From the NCBI GenBank assembly GCA_010015585.1, contig ML975149.1: a DNA stretch of 39,049 bases; one strand, given 5' to 3'. Below are positions 11,905 through 24,181 of the stretch, one piece after another. Both the position numbers and the translations under genes were made by a program. The notes under the pieces are model-generated. The model made no database searches. It saw nothing but the letters and a program-made list of their open reading frames with translations, and was not told the DNA's origin. The stretch's first letter is position 1; every line of letters starts with the position of its first letter. Source of the DNA: Eremomyces bilateralis CBS 781.70 (Eukaryota).

Positions 11905-12225
11905 CTATATTACGTCTATCCAGACATCTTGTCTATAGATGATGGTCTCCAGCTCTATATCACCATTAACACCCTGCCTAAACCAGTGCTGTAAGCAGAT
12001 CAAATTCCTTAAGGTGGGCGCCTCCATCCGTGTCCTCTCCGTATCCAAGATTCTCCCGCAAGCTGACCAGATCCGCTCCATATCAGCGGCCGATGAAGGA
12101 GTCACGAAAAGGTCTATCGCGATCTAATATAGAGAGGGATATCGCGTGCGATTAGCTACCCACCAGGCGATAGGAGTTTCGGTAGGGAAAAGGCCCTCTG
12201 CGAGGTATTGAGAGACCTCATTAGA
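11905..12225 (-). mobile_element. hAT transposase remnant (C-terminal dimerisation domain)
   Basis: Reads NEVSQYLAE...PIAWWVANRTRYPSLY*IAIDLFVTPSSAADMERIWSACG...LICLQHW, with an internal TAG. Confidence 0.8.
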
Positions 12226-12391
12226 TATGGGTGTTTTCCGTGGTTCTATATTATGTATCGTGACTATAATGGCAAGACCGCAAGAGTCACGTCGTCGCCA
12301 ACTTCAGGCCAATCATTATCGCCAATCATTTTGGGGTGATACTGCACCCACATCCCGTTGTACTAGGCAGAAACAGGAAACCAAAGGATGC

Positions 12392-15300
12392 TCAATCCAG
12401 GGCTTGCGCCTCGCACATCCTGCGATACATGCCGCTGTTGGCTATGAGCTCTTCGTGAGTGCCCATCTCGGCGATCTTGCCTCCGTAGAAGACGCAGATG
12501 ACGTCCGCATCCTTGATGGTGCTAAGACGGTGGGCGACGGCGAAAGTGATACGGTCGGCGTCCTTGGCGGCTTCGTTCAGGGCGCCCTGGACGATCTTCT
12601 CGCTCTCCGTATCGAGGGCGCTGGTGGCTTCGTCGAGTAGCAGGACCTTGGGGTCGCGGATGAGCGAGCGCGCGATGGCGATGCGCTGGCGCTGACCGCC
12701 GGACAGCTGGGTACCGCCCGAACCGGCCTGGGTATTCAGCCCGTCGGGAAGAGAAGAGACGAAACCCCACGCGTTGGCGCCGCGCAGAGCGGCTTCAATT
12801 TTCTCGTCGCTAACCCGTAGCGCGGCATCGGTGGACGAGAGTTCGTCCATGGTCGGGTCGTCGAGGCCGAGGGCGATATTCTCGCGGATGGAGCCTTTGA
12901 AGAGGATCGGCTCCTGCTGGACGAAGGATACGATGCGCCGGTAGAGGCGGGGGTTGAGGGTGGTGAGGTCCGAGCCGTCGATGACGATGCGGCCGGTTGT
13001 GGGGTCGTAGAAGCGCTCGAGCATGGCGATCATGGTGGACTTGCCACAGCCGGAGGCGCCGACGAAGGCGACGAACCGGCCCTTTTCGACGGTGAGGTTG
13101 ATGCCGCGAAGGACCTGGGCGTCGGGTCGGAGAGGGTAGGAAAAGCGGATATCGTCCAGGGCAATGGGACCGGCGGATCCAGGGCCCTTATCTAGGTTCT
13201 CGGGGGTTTGCCGGATGGTGGACTCTAGCCCGCTGAGCCAGAGGATGTAGTTGGCGCCGTTGACACCCTTGGTGATGCTGGTTGAGAACTGGAAGAGCTG
13301 GGCGGTGGCCTGGCCAGAGAAGAAGACAGCCAGGAAGGCAACAAAGAAATTGTACATGCTAATCTTGTCGAAGGAGAGAAGGCGGCAGCCGTACCAGAAG
13401 CCAAGGGCCATGAACCAGTACTCAATAGCCTGTGTGAAGCCAAAGCAGATCATGGCTGCGAACAACGGGGGAGTAGAGTCGGACAGAGCATGGTCGAGTT
13501 CGTTGGTGTACTGTTCCAGAACAGACTTTTCAATGGCGAGAGATGAAACGGTACGAATGGCGTTGACGGCTTCCGACGCGATCGAGGCGCTGGCGGAGTA
13601 ACGCTTCGACGTGTCACGATCGAGCTTGGAGTCCAGCTTAATCTTCAAAAAGGCAGCGCCGAAAAGAGGGGGGAGACCACCAAAAACCACGACCAGGCCC
13701 AGGTTCCAGGAGTGGGCGATAGCAAGAATGCTGCACGTGAGAACGTTCAGGACGGAGATCGTAATGAGACCGACATTGAAACCCATCAGCTCAAGAATGG
13801 ACTGTGCATTGGAATCGATGCGACTACTAAGGGCTCCGGTGCTGTTCTCCTCGCGGTCAAAGAACTGGAGATCCTGGCGGAGGATCATATCGAAGCTCTG
13901 CCTGCGCATCAGTTGGCTCAGTGCCTGGGCAACGCAGTTGGTGGACCAGCCAAGGGCGAAGTAGCTGATAAGAGCGCCGGCCGCGAGGACGATGAACATT
14001 TTGGCGTAGAAGTTGCCCTCGCGCTCCATCGCGGCGCCGGTGAGCGTGAAGACATCCATGACGTTGGCGAGGAGGATAGCTTGGCCAGGGAAAATACCAC
14101 CTTCATGCTGGTTAGCGACCGGATATTTTGAATCGGGTATGGGAAATTTTGAAACTTACTTGCACCGATGCATCCAAGAAGCACTAGTACGTACCACCAG
14201 AACAATTCAGGAGTCATCTTCATCAGGCGGAACACAACATGCAGCATACCAAATTGCTTGTGATGGTCGTAGTTGTCGCGCTCCTTTTTCGCTTCCATGC
14301 GGCCCTGGACAGACGAGGCGTACCGAGTCAGGGGCTTGTGCAGGTCCGCAGGATCTGGGTTCTGGGTGTCCTCAGTCTCCGTTTCGGACTTGCCCTCGCC
14401 GACAGCGAGGCTTTGGATCTCCACCAAGCGAGCGTAAGCACCGCCGTCGGCAATAAGAGACTCGTGGCTGCCCTGCTCGATGATGCGACCATTGCGCATG
14501 ACAACAATGTTGTCTGCCTTGCGGATAGTAGCGAGCTTGTGGGCAATGACGATTGTGGTGCGACCTTCCGCGGCCTTATCGAGGGCTTGTTGGACGACAC
14601 CTTCGGCATGAGGGTCTAGGGCACTGGTAGCCTCATCCAGCAAGAGAACCTTCGGTTGAGATACGATGCTGCGGGCGATGGCAACACGCTGCTTTTGACC
14701 GCCGGAGAGCAGACCTCCACGCTGACCGATCTGGGTGCCGTAGCCGTTTGGGAGTTCGGAAATGAAATCGTGGGCAAAGGCCATCTTGGCAGCGTGTTGA
14801 ATCAGTTCCATTTGCTTCTCGCGGGACGCGTTCTCCCACTCGGTTCCGATGAGGCCATGCTTGATATTGTCGAAGACCGAGCCCTGAAAAAGTACGGGCT
14901 CCTGCTGAACCAGGCGGACGTTCTTACGCAGCCAATTCAAATTCAGCATGTCGATGGGGCGACCATCTAACTTGATGGTGCCTGACTCCGGGTTGTACCA
15001 GCGCTCGATGAGGCCAACAATGGTGGACTTGCCGGAGCCGGATTGACCCTGAAGGAGTCGTTAGCGACGGACCAGGGTACGAAAGCCAAGGTAGAACTTA
15101 CGACCAGGGCAGTGACTTTGCCCGACGGGACCTTCAGGGAGAAGTTATCCAGAACAGTGACGCTGGGGCGAGTGGGATAGGCAAAGGTGACATTCTCGAT
15201 CTCGATGACACCTTCAGTCTCGGTCGGCTGCTCGCCATCCTCGTCGAAGGGGTCAATTGACGACTTGCGGTCAATCAGTCTAAACAGCATGACAGCAGCA

Positions 15301-16429
15301 GAAGCGGCGCGGCCGAAGTCGATAGCATAAGGAGCCAAAATGGTCAGTTGGATGGAACCAATAACAACAGAAAGAAGAACACTGATAAATAGGGTTAGTT
15401 TAGGACCGAATACAAGGAGCCAAAAGCGCCATCGTGCAAGGGTTTAGCCTACGTGAAGATTGTGCCTGGGTCTTCGATCTCGCCAGTGGCCATCATTCGG
15501 ACCCCCTGCCAGAAGGCCAGACCGAATCCCAAGTAAATTATGGTGTACTCGGCGGAAAACAGGATACCAAATAGGGGCGAGATCTTGTCACCGATCCTAT
15601 GGGTCTCGGTCAAATAGGTGTTAAATCGATTGACGAGCCTCGCGCGCATGTCGAAGGCGTGAACAGTGCGTACGCCGGAGAGAACCGCTTCTGTAAAAGC
15701 ATTACCCTGGGCATGTATCTCCATCATCTTGGTTTCGAAACCGGCCTCGATGCTGGCGACGACGCCCATAACGATGATGATGGCAGGGGCGATGCAGAGG
15801 CAGATGAGTGCAAGCTTCCACTGGACAACGACAGCGATGATGAACGCAGTGACGAAGGCAGCCAATCCCTGGAAGGTCAGGCCGAGCTTCTCTGCGATAC
15901 CGTTCTGGATCTGGCGACCATTGGATGTGGCCTGCGTCGCAATGGAGCCACCGGTTCCGAAATCGTAGTAGGCGACTTCCTGGCTGAGGGCTGCCCTGAG
16001 GTAGGCGTAGCGCATATTGCGAACGAGACGGTAGGCAACATAGGTGAACAGGCTGTTGTAGATGTACGAGAGCACCAGCCTGCCGATACCCAAATATACG
16101 AAGTAGAGGGCGAGTTCGGCGGCATCGCTCCGGAAACCGGGAGGACTTGACACCCCAGAGACGAAGCCGGTGATGACAGTGACGAATCTACCAAATATGA
16201 GGTTTTGGAGGGCAATTCCGGCGCCTGAGCCAAGGGCGGCGACGATGGCGATGGCCTGGAGAGTATACTCGAACGCGCCGCCGTACGTGAAAACGCGCGT
16301 GTAAGCGGCAAATGGGGTCATCTCCTCGGGAATATCTGGAGTAGGAGCCTTTGCGGCGGCATCTATGGGATACTCATCGCCGCGCGCCTCTTCCGCGGCC
16401 TTCTCCTTCTCGACGATATCTGCGCCCAT
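12392..16429 (-). CDS. Full-size ABCB/MDR-type multidrug transporter (TMD-NBD)x2
   Basis: Two NBDs (GQSGSGKST/LSGGQKQR/LLLDEATSALD and GASGCGKST/LSGGQRQR). Introns at about 15382-15452, 15049-15101 and 14101-14159 restore a single frame. Confidence 0.93.
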
Positions 16430-17513
16430 GATGGCGCCTGAGAGTTGTGGTGTTGACAACCTGGTGTACCTACGTCAACACCTAGACGACCCTGTGGCGA
16501 TGGATTGAGGAAAGTGGGAACAAAGGAGCGGCAGGAATGCAAAGCGACTTAAAGGAAAGAATATCAGGATCCTTATGCCCTTGAGCGGACAAGTCAGGGA
16601 AGAGAAAATACAATACAATGGTTTCGGGAAACAGGCAACGAAAGAGTGCCCTGCAAAGTTTGACCCAAAGATCTGTAAGCTGGAACGCGCGGATTCTACG
16701 AAGTAGTTATGGGACGCGACGAAATCCATCTCTTCTTGGGTCCCGTATAGGCTGGGCCTTGGCTAATTCGAAGTTCATAAGAAGGTGATGTGTACGTTAG
16801 GCAGGTAGGTTCGAGCCAGCGCGACCCGCGCGTCCCGGACTGAACACCAAGAGATTTGGCGGGCTGTGTCAACGTTCGAGAAGAAAAGAAAAGTTCTGTC
16901 TGAAATGAAAATTAGTCTCAGATACCTCAGCCGCTGAAAGGCACGTGACAAGGAAGATCCGAAGACTTGGCGCCACTACCAACAGCGTCTGAGCCAAAAT
17001 CCCAGGATTTGGTGTAGCTTTCCCAACCGAAATCACGATAACGAACATATTGAAGGCCATTCTGCTGCTTTTCGACAACTAATTGGCGTTTAAAAAAAAT
17101 ATAGATACTATACTTTTGATTATTACCTTTCAGACTATCTACTTTTAAAGAGTCCCTACGCCCTATGGACTGAGATCAATTGCAATCTAGTTGCACTATT
17201 CCATGTTAAGGGCTCTCAACATATTTCCATCCATCTCGACTCCTGATGCACAATATACCCCATTAAGATCCGTATATCCATCTAAAACATATAGAAAATA
17301 TACTTTCAATCATTCTCTGTAAGGATAACTACTTATAAAGCAATCTCCCCTTCTGGATATTGAGATTAATTCGGGTTTAGTTGACCTATCCCTGGCCTAT
17401 TCCTTCAAACGCTGCCAAACTTGCTCAAATATTCCTTAAATTATAATACATATTCCATCAAAGTCAATCCCCCTATCATTAAGAGTCCTTATACAGTATA
17501 GAACATTCTCTTT

Positions 17514-20191
17514 ATGCCACCAAAGCAGAAGCGGGGGGCTAAACCAAAGCAAGACTGGCGAACCAACATCAATCTATTTTCCGAAGTCGACCCAGTTAAG
17601 AAGGAGGAGCTGCAGGATATACAAAGGAGAGTTGAGAGGTGTAGGGAGGCACAATGGCAGGATCAGATATTGGTGGTTAAAGAAGGAATCCAGTCCTTCT
17701 TTGGGTTTGAAGCAAAGGATGACCAGGCACGGTGTATTGCACACCTCCTTTTCAAACAGAGAGACCTGATCTTAACTGCAAAGACATCCTTTGGCAAGAG
17801 CTTAATCCATCAAGCACTACCATGCCTCTCTAGAGGATCTGTTGCCATTGTGATCGTCCCTCTTGATGCACTTGGTAAAGAGCAAGAAAAGAAGATCTCA
17901 TTAATCCCTGGAACCCGACCAATCTTCTTAAATGCATCAAACACGAACGATGGAGTGATTCAAGAAGTACAGAAAGGTGCTTACACTCATATTATTACCT
18001 CACCAGAGCAATTGATTGGCAAGAGGTTCCGTATCCTTATCCAGGATCGGCTCTTTCGGTCCCATCTGCTCTCTGTTTGTATTGACGAGCTTCATCTCGT
18101 TTTTGACTGGGGTGATAAGTTCCGCCATTCCTATACAGAACTACGTATCGTCCGACGGGAGCTTGAAGATATTCCGTGGTTTGGAACCACTGCAACTCTG
18201 GACCGGTTAACATTATCCCATGTCCGGGGGCTCCTAGAATTATCAGACCATATTCAGGTTATTCAAACAGACACCAACCGAGAGGATCTTACCTATATTG
18301 CCAAGCAGATCCCTATACATACACAGAAGTCATTTCTCGGGTTGAATTTCCTGCTCGAAGGTGCATTTCGACATTGTGTAAACAGGGAACAAGACCTACC
18401 AGGGGGATGTTGTGATGCTTGTCATTGTCAAGGAAAAGGGTTTATACCTACGCCTGAGCAAATTGATAAAACCATCATCTTTTTTAAGGCAAAGCGCGAG
18501 ATCCGGGAGTGCACTAAGATAATCCGTTCATGGTTCCAAGAATATGGATATTCTGAGATACTAGCGAAGGACACAGTGGCACAATATGGTACCATGCTGA
18601 CCTAAGCGAACATGAGAAACAAGGGATATACTCAAAATTCTACCATTCCCCTATCAGGATCCTCCTTTCAACAGATGCACTTGCACATGGTTGCGATATT
18701 CCAGATATCACAAGATCTATTATATGGAAAATTCCTCCTGATAATCTGATCAACCTTATCCTACAACGGTTTGGGCGTGCTGCTCGAAGCGTGCCAGCTG
18801 GGACTGCTATCCTTTTCTTCCAACAATCTTACCAAGGGCACCGAACTCGTGCAAAAGATATGCAAAAGGAGCATCAACACCAGACTACTCAGGGAGGTTT
18901 ACCCGAAGGAGAAGATCCAGGAGACCTCAATTCATCTACTTCAGATGATGACGATGATGAAGAAGAGCCTTTAATAGGAGAAGGAGCTAAAGGATCATCA
19001 TCTCGCGAAGACCATTTGAGCCAAACCCCCAAAGGCCAGAAATCGAAAGCAAGACTATCAGAAGCAGAGAGACGTGGACTTCTCCCTAACACCATTTACC
19101 AGCTCTGCAATACCAATGGTGAACGGTGGATCCGGGAGTTAATCAATACACACTACGAATGCAAAACACCAGAACGCGACCCTATTACATGCTGTGGAAG
19201 TTGTAACCCTGAACTCCTGTCTACTTTGGACACACAAATCAAGACTAGCCAGGACAAGGCAATGGCTGCAAAGAGGCTTCGACCATTAGTTGATTCCCTT
19301 AAACTCTTTTTTTATAAAGAGGCGCAAAGGGAATATCCAACTACGGACATTTGTTATACACCATATTAGCAATGGTTAATATTCCGTGAGGAACTATCAA
19401 TACTTGCAAACACATACAACCAGCTTCAGGAGAGCGTGCCAAAGGAACAAAAACCAGATGGATATTATATCCTTCTTTTTGGAGATTTGCTAGACATTCG
19501 CAAGGCTTTACCACAAAACGAATGGATACGTGAGGATGGACATTTGATAAGCCTAGGGAAAGCATTGGAGAGCTATAAACATGCTCAGTACCAATTAAAG
19601 GAAGAGAAACAGCGCACGATCGAAGATAAAAGGAGGCAGGCTTTGGCAAGGAAAGCTCAAGAGAAAGAAAGGTCACAAGATAAAGCGATTGGCCTATCCT
19701 TATTGTTTGAGCCTGGACATCCAACCTTTACGCCCCATTTGAAGCCCCCTTGCCCATCTGTCAGTGATGCTCCTCAGCCTATACAAGAGCATCAGCTATC
19801 TCCAGTTACACAAGATACTAGTGCTTACCCAAAATCCCCGAAACGACGTCAAGGTGCACAAGTACAACAGCTGTATACTCTTCCAGATATTTCGAGCCTC
19901 CCTGAAGGTAGCAGCCTCCTCAAACTTCTAATGCCAATGTCTACTATTGGTGATAAAGATCTAGCACCAACTAAGCGACGGCAGCAAGGGCAGAAGTTGG
20001 TAAATCAACCAGCGCCTTTACAGCCGATGGCTACAGATCATACCATCCTCCCTCTCCGACCAAATAGCGGTGATCAATTTCAACATGATGAGACTTTATA
20101 TGACCCACTCCGAGTAATGATCTTATATGGATCATATGGTAGCAATAAAGCATCGTGTACATCATTGTCCTCCTTTTTTCGAGCAGTATAG
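17514..20191 (+). pseudogene. Transposon-encoded RecQ-like SF2 helicase with frameshift and premature stop
   Basis: Motifs AKTSFGKS, DELH, TAT, WYHADLS, TDALAHGCDIPD and QRFGRAAR, plus Zn-like C...CCGSCNP. An extra AT at ~18584-18587 shifts the frame, and an in-frame TAG lies at 19367-19369. Confidence 0.85.
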
Positions 20192-22620
20192 ATTGAGAAT
20201 GCAAGATGGATGATATCCCGCTGTGCTGAGCTGATAGTATAGGAGTCATTGATCTTGATCTTAAATGTGTCTTCTAAGTATTTAGAGATCTTCTGAGTGG
20301 CAGACATAGCCCATACTCCATGGGAGAAAATCTTCTCCATGCCAAATGTCGATGTTGTCCCATGGGCTGATAGGTAGTCTTTGATATTCCGATTCAAATG
20401 CTCCACGTCAAGATCAAACTCATGCCACGAGTTTAGACTCCTCTCCTGATTGTTAATCAAGCCCCCTGCTAGGATAGCATCTTGTAAATCCTTGTCGGAG
20501 GCTCGAGTACATGTTTGGGTAAAGAGGAGAAGCATCTCATATCGGTATTAGTCTCGCTTAGCTCCTGCAAAGATAATGGCATACTGTGCAAGTGCCCGTC
20601 GGAGTTGACCAATATCACCAAACTTGATTGCATATCGGAGGGTTAGGTAGGCCTCGACGATTGAAATAAATCGAAGATGGTTTATACGCTCGATCTCGCC
20701 GAGTCTCTTTTGTGGAAGTGAGGATCCTGCATACTTTTTGAAAGTCTTGGGTGGGATTGTTTCCGAAATGGTCTTGTATGCTGTAGGCGAAAGCCAGTTC
20801 CGGAGTGTCTGCATCTCTGCTTCGTAAGGAAGGTCTTGGGACTGGGCCCGGGCGTCAGCACTGAAGAGCTGTTGGTAAACTGCATCAAGACAGGACTGGA
20901 ATTGAGCTGGTGATAGACCTCCTAGGCGTGTTGAAAGTTGTTCAATGTTAGGGGGATAGAAGCTGCCTGTAACGTGTTCAATCACGAAGCAAATAACTCT
21001 AGCATAAAAGCTATGTATAATCACTTCTTCCATGATCTTGAATGAGGCATTCTCGCGAGAAAAGCCACGTCGGTTAAGGAAGGTTGCGCTGTGACAAAGA
21101 GTCGATGAAAGGAAATTGCAGCTTTCAATGCCATAAAACTCGCGGGTAATCAGATAAAGGAAATTCAAGCGTGTATGCCAAAGGGCTGGGACTGGATGTA
21201 GCCAGTTGTAAGCATCAAAGGGCCTTTCAGAATCAGCACGCTCTTTGATACAGCTCCGAAGAAGTCTGACTGTTTTAACATCTCCATATACCAGGAAGAG
21301 GCGTTCAGTAAAGTCTGTCTCGATATTAAACTTAAAAAAATCTAAGAATATCTTCTCGAGGATTTGGTGATTCCCATTTGTAGTAGACTGGTTGACTGGT
21401 ATAGGCCCAAGGTTATTCTTCACTGTCTTCTCTGCTTGGAGTCGATCGATTGTTGGAAACTCAGGAAGCTTAATCCGTTTCGCCTTCAGTTGTCGAGTTG
21501 CGTCAGGGAGGGCTAATTCAATTGCCTGCCGAATCAGGAATAAGGCGTTCTGTTTTTAGATGCCTGAAGCATCAGGTAATTGGACTCCATCATAGTTGAA
21601 GAGATGTGGAGGCCGGATGGTAAACGGTCTCCGCATTGTCTGTACAAGACCATTTTCAGGCATCCGAGGACAGACTGCTGCAATTCCAGATGTATAGCTG
21701 AACATCTCGCCTGTATTCCCAATCCGCTGATGGGATGGTCGCTCATGCCCATCACAATTGTCCATTGCAATGGCCAGTCCGGGATATTTTGCAAACCGTT
21801 TAAGGCTATGCTAGATGTGGTTAGAAAGTTGGAATATAGTATCATATGACTGTAGAAAAAATACCATTTCTGTGCTGATTGTCTCCTGTGTAGAATCTCG
21901 AAGCGTATTATATGTAGGAGTCATCCCGAAGGCATGGAGATACTTTAGACCTTTGCGAGACAGACCTGCAGCTTGTAATGTAATCCCAATTCTCTTAGGA
22001 AGATTATTTGATAGCTTTTTATGCCGGGAAAAGGCCAATGAGGACGCAATCATTGTAGTGAGTCCATGATGAGGTTTCTGGCCAGATTGTTTCGTCTTGC
22101 TTAGGGTTGGGCAACTGACTCAACGATAGAGAAGAATAATGGTGCCCTATGTCGGACAATCTGGTGCATGCTTCCAACATTCCCAGGGGTCTTTTCAGCG
22201 TCCCATGCCCCAAAAAATTGAGATTCGTCTTGCATCAGGTTTTCAAATTCATCTGCGATGATGCAGGTAAAGACATGTCGAAGAATAGAAAGAATACGCT
22301 TAGGCTTATGCTTGATGATATAGCGTTGCGTGTCGGAATCAAGGAGAATATCAAGAAGAAACCCTTCTACAAGTTGATGCTTTCCAGTCTGCCTTTGCCC
22401 TGTATGCTTATCGATCATAAAAAGGAGGAACTGGTTCCTAGAAAAATGACCCTTCTTCATCATTGCCATGATTTCGGTATAGCAGGCATGAGTTGCTTTG
22501 TTTTGAGCTTTCGGTGTAGTATTCGGGGCACCATCATCGGTGAACGGAAGGGAAAAGTTAGAGGGGGTATCTTCGGCCTCTTCAATCGACTCTTCTTCAG
22601 ATAATGTATCATCTGTGTCT
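20080..22620 (-). pseudogene. Academ-type (DUF6589-like) DDE transposase, disrupted
   Basis: Candidate catalytic motifs AMDN, VYGD, PVPALWH and DLDVEHLN. Intron 21811-21864 (GTATTT..CTAAC..TAG). In-frame TAA at 21556-21558 and 20548-20550, and a frameshift near 22101. The 5' end is uncertain. Confidence 0.75.
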
Positions 22621-24181
22621 GAAATTATTTATCATTTAGTATATGATCATTGTAAGGTTAGATAGACATACCGTATGAAGTTTCACAATTAGAGGATAAA
22701 GACATCTTTAGTGATGTTCAAAAACTAATAGATAATGTGAAGCTTGATCTAACGATTCAAATGATATTAATATTATGTTATGAATATGTCCGGTCTCAAC
22801 AATCAATTCAAGATAACTTTCATACATCACCACATATAAGGTGGCGGGAAAGGCTCACGAAGGCAGGACTTTCTGGCTTAGGCCCCCGTCGTGCTGGCTC
22901 CGCCAATCACCTTCAGGGGGATACCAGGGTCCACCGAAAGGTGGCCTGAGGTATCTGAGGCTAGTTTAGACGACATTATCGTTTAGAGTGTAGGCGCTAA
23001 CTAGATTAAGGATCTAGCGTCGACAGTGTGGATGAGGTAAGCTTCAGCTGACGAACCAGGGGCGCGGATAGTGCCATCCCGGCGATGGTAGGACCGAGAC
23101 ATGCGTATGACAAATGATGCAGTTCGGGTGAAGGCCATGTGAAATACAAGACTTCGTAGCATGCGTGTGTTAGTGCTGACGGTGACTCTGTGGGTATGGA
23201 CCAGCAACCACAACTACCACACAGTATTGACAAACATTGTGACGTTCTCCTTGTACTTTTATCTCCCCTGTCCAATAATGCCAATTACTCGAAGCGATAC
23301 TGCAGAGTACGTACTTGTGGTCCGCGCCTCGCTGAAATAAACTACAGAAATAACTCTGCCAAGCTTCACTGTACCGGGGAAACTGTGTGGCCACGGATGC
23401 ACGCTCATGTCCTCCAGATCTCATTGAGCCCGAACAAGGTGTACTGAAGTACTAAACAGGGGGTTCAATGGCTGGTCAAATGTAGGAGCAGACCAGCAGC
23501 AAATTTATATCCGGGATTCTCCGAATAGAGTTGTGTACAGCACTCAAAAAATACCCGTACCTCATGGGCCCCATTGCGATACAACACTGCTCCGCCTCAC
23601 GAAGTACAACAACCTCAAACTAGCTTGATCAAAGCCTAACACTGACGCAGGCTGTCCTTTCGCATCGGGGGGCATGTTACATCTCAGGTCGAGACTCCCA
23701 GCCAAAGGGAGACGCTAGAGCCAAGGGCAGGATGTACGACAAGGAAACCTGAAGGTTCAAGGCCCTATACGGGACCCGTTCACCTCGGAGCTCCGGCTTA
23801 CTATGAAGACCTGCAGGTCCGGGCATCCGATTTTGAGTTGGACCGCAAGTCTCCATTACTCTGGCTGATGACCGTGGCAAAGATCCTCTGGTCTTTGAAG
23901 CAGGCTGCGTATTCATTCCATCTCGTTCAGGGAATAGAACGTGTTCCATCAAATCGGCGTCTACATGGCGCCATTTGCCAGCTTCGGATCCAAAATCTGG
24001 GAGGTCGTACACACCAGGTCTGGCTTTCCAGGAGCATACAAAAGAAAGACGATGTCATGCAAAATATTCAAGACACCCATTACAAGCTCTCTCAAGAAGA
24101 AGCATATAGACAAGACCGCCTCAGCTGGCCCCGTGACACTTCAACATGGGACGTCATCGCGTGTCTTCCTCTGTCTCGTTG

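Larger units (their letters stand above)
16913..22963. mobile_element. AcademH-type DNA transposon (RecQ-like helicase plus DUF6589-like DDE transposase), decayed
   Basis: TIRs TAGTCTCAGATACCTCAG (16913-16930) and CTGAGGTATCTGAGGCTA (22946-22963) match at 17/18 positions, with TAG...CTA termini. They enclose exactly two convergent genes. No TSD is visible. Confidence 0.82.

Noticed and set aside
12227..16311. Many antisense and alternate-frame ORFs over the ABC transporter (likewise over the CE3 gene)
   Set aside because: These are shadow ORFs caused by GC-rich codon usage in the real genes.
17514..20191. Housekeeping Sgs1/Hrq1 or telomere-linked helicase
   Set aside because: It lies inside TIRs and is paired with a DDE-like transposase; there are no telomeric repeat arrays in the window.
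22990..24140. Several short overlapping ORFs right of the AcademH element
   Set aside because: No recognisable motifs and frequent stops; treated as intergenic or decayed sequence.
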